32,000 nucleotides of DNA from Thermosulfurimonas dismutans (GTDB lineage: Bacteria; Desulfobacterota; Thermodesulfobacteria; Thermodesulfobacteriales; Thermodesulfobacteriaceae). The stretch spans positions 50,498-82,497 of the forward strand of contig NZ_LWLG01000007.1 of the NCBI RefSeq assembly GCF_001652585.1. The letters run 5' to 3'. The position numbers were made by a program, and so were the translations under genes. Of this stretch, positions 22,531 to 28,946 are shown piece after piece; the stretch's first letter is position 1, and each line of letters starts with the position of its first letter. The notes beneath the pieces are model-generated. The model made no database searches, was not told the DNA's origin, and was given only the letters and a program-made list of their open reading frames with translations.

Positions 22531-22821
22531 TCAAAAAATCATATGATCTCCTTCGGGAAGACGGGTATGTTTACCATACCCCAGATGGATTACTGGGTGC
22601 CGACAGGTCTCGCAGAGACGGTAATAACGTACTTTATCCTCCAGAGCATCAATGATCCCTTCCACCGCTTGGCGCATGACCACAAACTCTTCGGGCGTTA
22701 AACGGCATTCAAAAACGCTGTAGAGGACCCGAATCCCGAAGTCCTCCATTACGCGGGCTACTTTTCTCAGCCTTTTCTCGTCGGCAATGTCGTAGCAGAC
22801 CAGGTAATAGTTTCCGCTCAC
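22531..22821 (-). CDS. cas2: CRISPR-associated endoribonuclease Cas2
   Basis: 96 aa with a GTG start overlapping the upstream stop (GTGA). Contains YLVCYDI (beta1 with catalytic Asp), SVFEC and DKVRYYRL. Confidence 0.9.
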   Translation of the reverse strand: MSGNYYLVCYDIADEKRLRKVARVMEDFGIRVLYSVFECRLTPEEFVVMRQAVEGIIDALEDKVRYYRLCETCRHPVIHLGYGKHTRLPEGDHMIF

Positions 22822-23776
22822 AGGATCAATTCCTCCTCGGGTTCCTCTGCGAAATATACCGGGCCGGAGAATTCAAGATTCTTGAGACACTTCCGGCAGA
22901 GGCGGTAGATCCGCACCCGATCCTCCGTGCGCTTGATGAAATCCGCAAGCCAGGAAATAACCTCCTCCAGTTCCTTCTGCGTGAGCCAGCACTCGAACAC
23001 GCTCTTCTGAACCGGTTTTCCATAGTCCTTCAGGAATTTGTGAACCCTCTGTACCGGACGCCATTCCTCCATGAGATCCAGCACCAGGGAAGGTTTTCCG
23101 TAATCCGGGGCGTGCAGGAAACCCAGATAGGGGTCGAGCCCTGCGGTTTCCACCAGGCTCCAGATCCGGGAAAGGAGCAGGGTGTAACCTAGGGAAAGCA
23201 GGGGTTTACAGGATCCCTAGGTGGGCGGCGGGTACGTTCCCGGAATTCAAAACCGGAGCGTTTTGAAAGTATTCCCAGCCCTTCGAAATAATGCCGGGAG
23301 GCCATGCCCTCGAGACCCAAGATCTCGTCAATATCTTTGGCCTTTTCAAGTTCGGTAAGAACGCGTTTAAGGTGAAATATCGGACCTTCCAGGGCCGTTT
23401 CCCCTAGCCTTCGTTTCTGACGGGCCAGGTATTCCCGCTGATTGTGAATTTTTCCGTGTACGAAAGCCCTGGCCAGTTCGAGCCGTTTCCACAGGTTATG
23501 GAAGCTCTGAAACTGGCTTAACCGCAGTTCTATGTTCTTCCCGAGCGGAGGCGAAAGTTTGTCGAGATATTTTCCGGAAAGGGTGAGGAAGTGAACCTCT
23601 ATTCCGCGTTTGAGCAAGGCCTGGAGGGCCGGGGCAGTAAAGTTTACCCTCCCGAAGACCACCACCTGATCCACTTCCGCTAGCCTGACCTCCTTTTTCT
23701 TCTGACCGATTTCCAGCTTGAGCCTTTCTCCTTCCCGCGAGACCTTTAACCCCTGTTCGGTGAGATAAAGGATCAT
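22818..23776 (-). pseudogene. cas1: cas1, frameshifted, with its C-terminal ~80 aa replaced in frame by a Cas2-like segment (cas1-cas2' chimera)
   Basis: The N-terminal 195 codons (MILYLTEQGLKV...LGLEGMASRHYF...RRPPRDPVN) end at a stop at 23189-23191. The canonical continuation [30 protein letters not shown]...LDLMEEWRP lies in another frame, consistent with one base missing near G4 23201-23204. From about 23054 the sequence turns Cas2-like ([22 protein letters not shown]...DRVRIYRLC). Confidence 0.8.
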
Positions 23777-23800
23777 TTTTATCCCCCATCATCATTAAAG

Positions 23801-24145
23801 GTCGCAATCCCTTCTTAGTGAGGGAAAGTTTTCTCATACATCGAGGATATGAAAGTCGCTCAGCAATTCGCTCGTATGTCGCAATCCCTTCTTAGAGAGG
23901 GAAAGTTTTCTCACTTGCCCTTGAATTTCTAGATGTTTCCACGGCTCTAGGGTCGCAATCCCTTCTTAGTGAGGGAAAGTTTTCTCACTCTTACCGCTTT
24001 GATGTCAAAACCGTTTAGGAGGTGAAACCAGTCGCAATCCCTTCTTAGTGAGGGAAGGTTTTCTCACACTCCTATAGCTGAAGGTAAGCCTGGCTATGTT
24101 CTTACTGAGTCGCAATCCCTTCTTAGTGAGGGAAAGTTTTCTCAC
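23801..24145 (-). CRISPR. CRISPR array of 5 x 37-nt repeats and 4 spacers (40, 37, 42, 41 nt), transcribed on the minus strand
   Basis: Repeats are at 23801-23837, 23878-23914, 23952-23988, 24031-24067 and 24109-24145. The plus-strand consensus is GTCGCAATCCCTTCTTAGTGAGGGAAAGTTTTCTCAC. The reverse complement, GTGAGAAAACTTTCCCTCACTAAGAAGGGATTGCGAC, ends in ATTGCGAC, an 8-nt Cas6-type 5' handle preceded by a TCCCT/AGGGA stem. Variant bases occur at 23837, 23896 and 24057. Confidence 0.95.
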
Positions 24146-24218
24146 TGCATATTTTATAACTTAAGAATCTACAGTATCTTTTAAAGCCGTAAATGATAAG
24201 GATTGAAAATGAATGTTT
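24146..24218 (-). promoter_or_regulatory. Putative CRISPR leader (AT-rich) between the terminator and the first repeat
   Basis: A 73-nt AT-rich segment abuts the consensus repeat on the side predicted by the handle orientation. Candidate TTTACG-16 nt-TAGATT promoter elements are present on the minus strand but are weak matches. Confidence 0.5.
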
Positions 24219-24258
24219 AAAAAAGTGGCTCCCCCGATATCTTCGCTGGGGGAGCCAC
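24219..24258 (-). terminator. Rho-independent terminator insulating the upstream cas/accessory operon from the CRISPR leader
   Basis: Perfect 11-bp GC-rich stem: GTGGCTCCCCC (24225-24235) pairs with GGGGGAGCCAC (24248-24258). The loop is 12 nt, and on the minus strand the hairpin is followed by T6 (24224-24219). Confidence 0.8.
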
Positions 24259-24445
24259 AACATAACAGCCCATAAAATCGTCCAAAATAGATACTGGCAA
24301 TCCTTTACTTAAAAGCACCCTAAAAATGACGATATCAAGCAGGCTTATGAATCCCTCACCAAAAAGGGCACCCTTATCGCCAGTTTTTCAAAGAGCTGAA
24401 TCCTCTTATCCTTTAAAATCAAAAATTTTCGGAAGTGTAAAGGGG

Positions 24446-26026
24446 CTATGCGGATCGAGGGCGAACGATAATTTCCTCGCCCTCTAAGGAGAAAATATAA
24501 TCTCCGACCCGAAGTCTTTGGGGATTTCTTCGGAAATGTCTCCGAAGCTCGTGTTCCACATACCGGAGCCTCTCGCGCAGGTGAAGGTAAACCCGTCCCA
24601 ATTCTGCAGGACGACTATAGTGAAGGGTGAGACGGTCCTCTAAAGTAGGCACCAGTTCGGGATCTATGTGAAGCAGGGGTGAGGGATAGCGTCCCTTCAA
24701 AGCCTCTCCGAAAACGCATCCGCAGGGACGATCCAGAACAAAATCCCGAAACCACATCTCAAGCTTGGCGCAACTTATGGGATTCCTGGGTATTCCCTCG
24801 AGCATTCTTTCTATTCTGTGATAGCTATAATCCGGCGTGCCGGAAAGGATGTGGTGCAACAGCTCACGGCCATTCCTTAGAAAACCCACCGAGAGCATTA
24901 CGACCAGTTTTTCCTCCCGAGAAAGATGTTTTCCGGCCTCGGCTCGCCGGAAAACAAAGTCCAGTACCGGACACGCCCGGCGAAGCTTTAATAATTCAGG
25001 AGGATCTTTCCGGGAGACAGATACCGGCATGGATTTTCGGCAAAAACTTTTTAAGGTTTCAAAAGGTAGTTCAAAGCCCTTCTCCCGCCAACCTACACCC
25101 TCGCCCCTGGTTCCAATTTCGTAGGAATGAAATATTCCTTCACTGGGAAAGGGGAGTCTTTCTTTCAGCGTCTCAAAAAATCGCCTGACCCAGAGGAAAT
25201 AAATCGGCTCGGAGAAAAAGAACCACAACCGGTAGCGAAACGGGCTAACCCGTTCCAGCGCACCCTCAAGCCCCCACCCCCAGGCACCACACCGAAAGGG
25301 CCTCCCGCTTCACAGCTTCAGCCTTAATGGCCAGTAAGCCTCGATTGCGCCGGTTTCGGTCAAGCTCTCGCTCCGGAAGGGCTATAACGAAATAAGCCCC
25401 GTGAAGTTTGTTTTCTTCAGTAAGAGGGAAGTAGATGAGATAGGTCCGCCCCAGAAGGTGCTGTGAAAGTTTTTCCAGAGAAGGGGCTCCCTCTTTGATT
25501 ACCAGAGCCGTCTTTCCGTAAGAGGTAAGATGTAACTCGGCATGAAGGGGTCTTCCACGAAAAAGTCTTCTAAGGGGCTCAGTTCCCGAGGACCGAGATT
25601 TGGAGGATAATAGCGCAACGGAGTCTCGGTAGAAACGCTCTCAAGAGGGCCGGCCACCACGGCGGCCGCTCCGGGACGGCCGAGTTCCAAGAACACCCGG
25701 GCCAGCTTTTGCCGCACGGTTTGCGAATCGGCCAGGCGCAGAACCCGCTGAAATAGCGTGGCCGCCCGACGAAGTTCCCCAAGTTCGTAGGCCACTTCGG
25801 CCCGGGCCAGGAGATAGCGGGACTGATCGGGATCGCGCGAGATGGCAAGATCGTAACACTCCGCCGCCTGGGGCTTTAACCCCAAGGTTTCACAGAGAGC
25901 ACCCCACCGGAAGTACTCCTCGGCGGTCTGCCCGGGACGGAGACGGTGACGGAGGATCAAATCGCGGGCCTTGCCGTCTTGACCTTCGGAAAGGAATTTT
26001 TTGGCCTGATCAAGAAATTTGTTCAC
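24446..26026 (-). pseudogene. TPR-repeat N-terminus fused to a degenerate archaeo-eukaryotic primase (PrimPol/CAPP-like) domain; split into 3 frames by two homopolymer indels
   Basis: Piece A is 26026-25499, with TPR-like repeats. Piece B is open 25640-25269 and has no ATG, GTG or TTG (LFRGRPLHA...HLLGRTYLIYFPL...AYFVIALPE...). Piece C is open from 25309, with the track ORF at 25228-24446 (ALERVSPFRYRLWFFFSEPI...SYEIG...ELPF...Cys-containing C-terminal domain). The joins are restored by +1 T at 25560-25564 and -1 G at 25271-25281. The AEP assignment is from remembered motif order only. Confidence 0.5.
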
Positions 26027-26035
26027 GAATAGGCT

Positions 26036-27310
26036 TTATCTTAGAGATTTTAAGATAAAATTCTGTACATTATTCTTTTTTTCCTTTGAATATCTTATCT
26101 TCAAGCCTTCTTCCGTTTGACGGAGTTCGACGGCGTTCTTTTCCAGACCTCCATGAGCAAAAAAGTTTCTCGGATTTGGAGAATCTGGTTTCCGGCCCTC
26201 AATTTCAGCTAAAAGTTTCCAGTCGAAAGGAAAACCTTTAATACTTTTTAAATTATGCATTTCCGTCCCCAGAATACTTCGGAAAATATTATTTTTCCAA
26301 AAGACCTTTTTGGCGATGCTTTCAAGTTTATGTAGAAAAATCTCCTCTTGGCGGGTCTCTAAAAGATTCTCCTTTTCAAAAAACTTCAGCAAAAGCCAGA
26401 CCAAGGTTAAAACCCGAAATAGAGGAGTTAAACGCGCCCGACGCGTGAGGCGAAGACGGCCTCCTTCTTTGCGGATCTTTATTTCTTTCTCGTAAATGTT
26501 CAGGGCCTCTTTTAAGTGAGAAAAAACTTCTTCCGCGGGAACGAAGAAGGTGGTCAGCATTAGGGGCAAGCCGTAAACCATCCCTCCTAAAAAAGTCAAG
26601 ATTTCTTTAAGCCGGGGTTTCCCTACAACTTTTAATTTTTGTCCATTTTCGTCTACCACCAGCTTCTCAAAAAACCGGGAGCTTACATTTACCTCATACG
26701 GACTAAGCGCAGGGAAACGCGGAAGTTCTTCTATTTCCTCCACCACATGAAGGGTGAGAACAGTTTCGGGACCGCCGGAGACGAAAGGATCGGCATTATA
26801 GGCCACAAATTTTATCGGGGCAAAAAAGCTTACTACCTGAAGGATTTCCTTTACCGCTCGATAAGTGAGGACCGGCATAAAGTTAAGGCCGTGGGTAAGG
26901 TCGAGGTGAACTTCTTTGAAATCGCTTTCATTAAGAAGTCTGGCCAATTCATAGAGGAGGCGGTAATAGTAATCCAAAACCTCTCCCTCAAAAACGCCGT
27001 TTTTGAAATATCCCGTTCCGGGAAGGACCAAAATATCTATTTTCGTTTTGTCCAAGGGAATATGGCAATCTTTCAGAAAATTAAAGATTTTGTCCCTTAC
27101 CGCGGCCTTTGCCTCGGCGTAGTTCGTATTTTCGCGTAGAGAGTCCTTATCCACCAGGGAATCCGCTACCAGGATCACTATGTATTCGGGGTTTAGTGCC
27201 TCAAGGAGGACCTTAAGAGAAGTTTTGGATACGGATTCCACTTCCCCGAAACGATAGGTAACCTCATTCCAGCCAAAAGGATTTCCCCAGGGGGCGATGA
27301 GGAGTTTCAT
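26036..27310 (-). CDS. csx1: Csx1-family CARF-HEPN ribonuclease (DxTHG-motif protein)
   Basis: 424 aa. The N-terminus MKLLIAPWGNP... has a CARF-type fold pattern. Also contains the HLDLTHGLNF (DxTHG) signature and the C-terminal HEPN motif RNFFAHGG (R-x4-H). Confidence 0.8.
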   Translation of the reverse strand: MKLLIAPWGNPFGWNEVTYRFGEVESVSKTSLKVLLEALNPEYIVILVADSLVDKDSLRENTNYAEAKAAVRDKIFNFLKDCHIPLDKTKIDILVLPGTGYFKNGVFEGEVLDYYYRLLYELARLLNESDFKEVHLDLTHGLNFMPVLTYRAVKEILQVVSFFAPIKFVAYNADPFVSGGPETVLTLHVVEEIEELPRFPALSPYEVNVSSRFFEKLVVDENGQKLKVVGKPRLKEILTFLGGMVYGLPLMLTTFFVPAEEVFSHLKEALNIYEKEIKIRKEGGRLRLTRRARLTPLFRVLTLVWLLLKFFEKENLLETRQEEIFLHKLESIAKKVFWKNNIFRSILGTEMHNLKSIKGFPFDWKLLAEIEGRKPDSPNPRNFFAHGGLEKNAVELRQTEEGLKIRYSKEKKNNVQNFILKSLR

Positions 27311-27333
27311 GGTTCAAACCTCTAGCTTTTGCA

Positions 27334-28452
27334 TCACAAGTGTTTTTCCAGCTTCTTTATCTCAAAGCGTTTATGGCCATGACAAACGCCAAAAATGCGG
27401 CGAGCATCCCGATCGCTCCAGGCATAAATTTCGTGGGTGCAGTCGGAAACGGGTTTACCTTTCAAAGGGTGACAGTTGAGGGATCCGGGATTGTGATGCC
27501 CTTCTCGCTCCAGGTGTAGGGCCAGCTCATCCATCCGTTTGTTGATTTCATAACATCGATCAGGCGGCAAATCGTTTACATCTTTTGCAAATTCTTCAGA
27601 AAAAGTGATACGCTCCGAAGGCGGCTCCCAGAACCTCTCTTGGTAAATTTTCTGCTTGCACTGCTGCCAGATGAGCTCACCCCACGGGGAAAGCGTAATC
27701 TCTTCCCCCAGAAGCAATAAAAAAGAATCGGGGATTGGACGACAAACATCGGGCTTTACTGGAAGCCCCAGGGCCAGCCGCCGCCAAACCGTAAGGTTTT
27801 TCCTGATGGAAGGCAAAACATCCAAGACCAGGGGCAAACGCGGAATGCGTAAAAGCTCCTCGCTTGTTTCAAAAATATAGACCGCTTCATCCGCGTAAAA
27901 TTGGGAAAGCGTTTGCAAAATACCCTGAATGCTTTTGAATCCTCCGGTTAAATTAAAAATTATCCTAAAACCTTTATCCTTATAGCCGGGGAGACTCTCA
28001 TGTAAACGGCGGACAAGCTCGCTTACCGCACAGTGAAAGTTATCAAGGCTGTCGGTGCGAAGACCGGCAATGTCATCCCAAACCTGGACGTTTGTAACTC
28101 CCTGATACCGCAACCAGGTCTCCACCATACGGGCCGTTTCCCTTCCGAGCCAGGTATCCGTGGCAATAAGAATATGTATGTCCTTTGATCCTGAGGAAAT
28201 ATTTCTCTGATAAATCCTGAATATTCCGTTTATTTCGGCGGAAATTCCGGATGCTTCCTCCGGGGAAAGTTGAAGCAAAAGTTCTCTCCGTTCCTTGAGG
28301 TGCTTTTTGAGTAATTCCCCTTCGGGACCAGAGATCGGCTCCGGGTTGTTTGCGTGTTTAAAAATCAAGGGACGCAATTTATTATCGACTCTATTGGTCA
28401 AGATACTGGTCCCACAGGGAGATAAGATGAGTTTTGTTCTTTTTTTACTCAT
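27334..28452 (-). CDS. CARF domain fused to a RelE/ParE-like mRNA interferase domain (Cami1-like type III ancillary effector)
   Basis: 372 aa. CARF signatures are LILSPCGTSILTN and IFNLTGGFKS (APE2256-like). The C-terminal ~90 aa, FAKDVNDLPPD...INKRMDELA...LNCHPLKGKPVSDCTHEIYAWSDRDARRIFGVCHGHKRFEIKKLEKH, follows the RelE/ParE toxin pattern. Confidence 0.65.
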   Translation of the reverse strand: MSKKRTKLILSPCGTSILTNRVDNKLRPLIFKHANNPEPISGPEGELLKKHLKERRELLLQLSPEEASGISAEINGIFRIYQRNISSGSKDIHILIATDTWLGRETARMVETWLRYQGVTNVQVWDDIAGLRTDSLDNFHCAVSELVRRLHESLPGYKDKGFRIIFNLTGGFKSIQGILQTLSQFYADEAVYIFETSEELLRIPRLPLVLDVLPSIRKNLTVWRRLALGLPVKPDVCRPIPDSFLLLLGEEITLSPWGELIWQQCKQKIYQERFWEPPSERITFSEEFAKDVNDLPPDRCYEINKRMDELALHLEREGHHNPGSLNCHPLKGKPVSDCTHEIYAWSDRDARRIFGVCHGHKRFEIKKLEKHL

Positions 28453-28888
28453 AGAGGGACACTTTTAGCGTAAATTTTTGAACAAAAGGGTTCCTCTTTA
28501 GTTCTTCCCGGGTGTAACCAAAAAGATCACAGGGAAGCCCCACTTCGGCAAAATAGTCAAGGTAAGGGCGTTCGGGAAACGGTCCTTCGGCCCTGTTAAG
28601 CACCAACAAGATAACTGCATCGCTTCCGGGGATGGCCCTGCCTTCGGCAAGGGAGCCGAAAAGGCGTACCTCTTCCACCTCTTCGTGATCTCCAAGGAGC
28701 CTGCGTGCGGCCTCCCTGAGTCTGCGCAGGACTTCTTCACAATGGAGCCAAAATATCTTTACAGAACCGTATGATTTCTCCTGCACCACGGACGGCTTCA
28801 CGGGCGTCCTACCTTTCATTTCCCAAGCGGCGTTTTCGAGATCTTTTTCGGCTTGTCTTAACCAATCAGCGCTTCTTTCAGGCATCAC
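28445..28888 (-). CDS. HEPN N-terminal fragment fused to a minimal nucleotidyltransferase (MNT) domain
   Basis: Residues ~6-45 (ADWLRQAEKDLENAAWEMKG...VVQEKSYGSVK) look like HEPN helices 1-2, and no R-x4-6-H motif follows. Residues ~60-147 contain LFGSLAEGRAIPGSDAVILLV, an MNT GS...SD motif that lacks the second Asp. The gene overlaps the CARF-RelE start by 8 nt. Confidence 0.6.
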   Translation of the reverse strand: MMPERSADWLRQAEKDLENAAWEMKGRTPVKPSVVQEKSYGSVKIFWLHCEEVLRRLREAARRLLGDHEEVEEVRLFGSLAEGRAIPGSDAVILLVLNRAEGPFPERPYLDYFAEVGLPCDLFGYTREELKRNPFVQKFTLKVSLYE

Positions 28889-28946
28889 CGCCTCTTGACC
28901 ACCAGTCTGAAGCGTGGATTTTTGGCTAGGGAGGAAAGGTTCACTT

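Noticed and set aside
24262-24318. 18-codon minus-strand mini-ORF (MGCYVVAPPAKISGEPLF) reading through the terminator hairpin, considered as a toxin or leader peptide
   Set aside because: It has no Shine-Dalgarno sequence, and its sequence is dictated by the hairpin itself. There is no supporting evidence for translation.
24679-25327. Plus-strand ORFs (169, 95 and 66 aa) opposite the AEP-like gene
   Set aside because: They are antisense to sequence with clear minus-strand protein homology signals. Their translations are Pro/Arg-rich and lack an RBS or motifs.
25266-25386. In-frame TGA/TAG stops in the AEP-like gene as selenocysteine or programmed recoding sites
   Set aside because: The homologous sequence continues in a different frame rather than through the stops. 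One stop is TAG, and no SECIS-like hairpin was noticed. Simple indels at homopolymers explain the pattern better.
25579-25859. Two alternate-frame minus-strand ORFs (89 and 72 aa) inside the TPR piece
   Set aside because: They are off-frame products of a roughly 60% GC segment. The TPR-like frame gives a coherent helical repeat protein and these do not.
28498-28740. 80-aa alternate-frame minus-strand ORF within the HEPN::MNT gene, considered as the missing HEPN C-terminus
   Set aside because: Its translation has no HEPN-like helices and no R-x4-6-H motif, so it does not rescue an intact HEPN.
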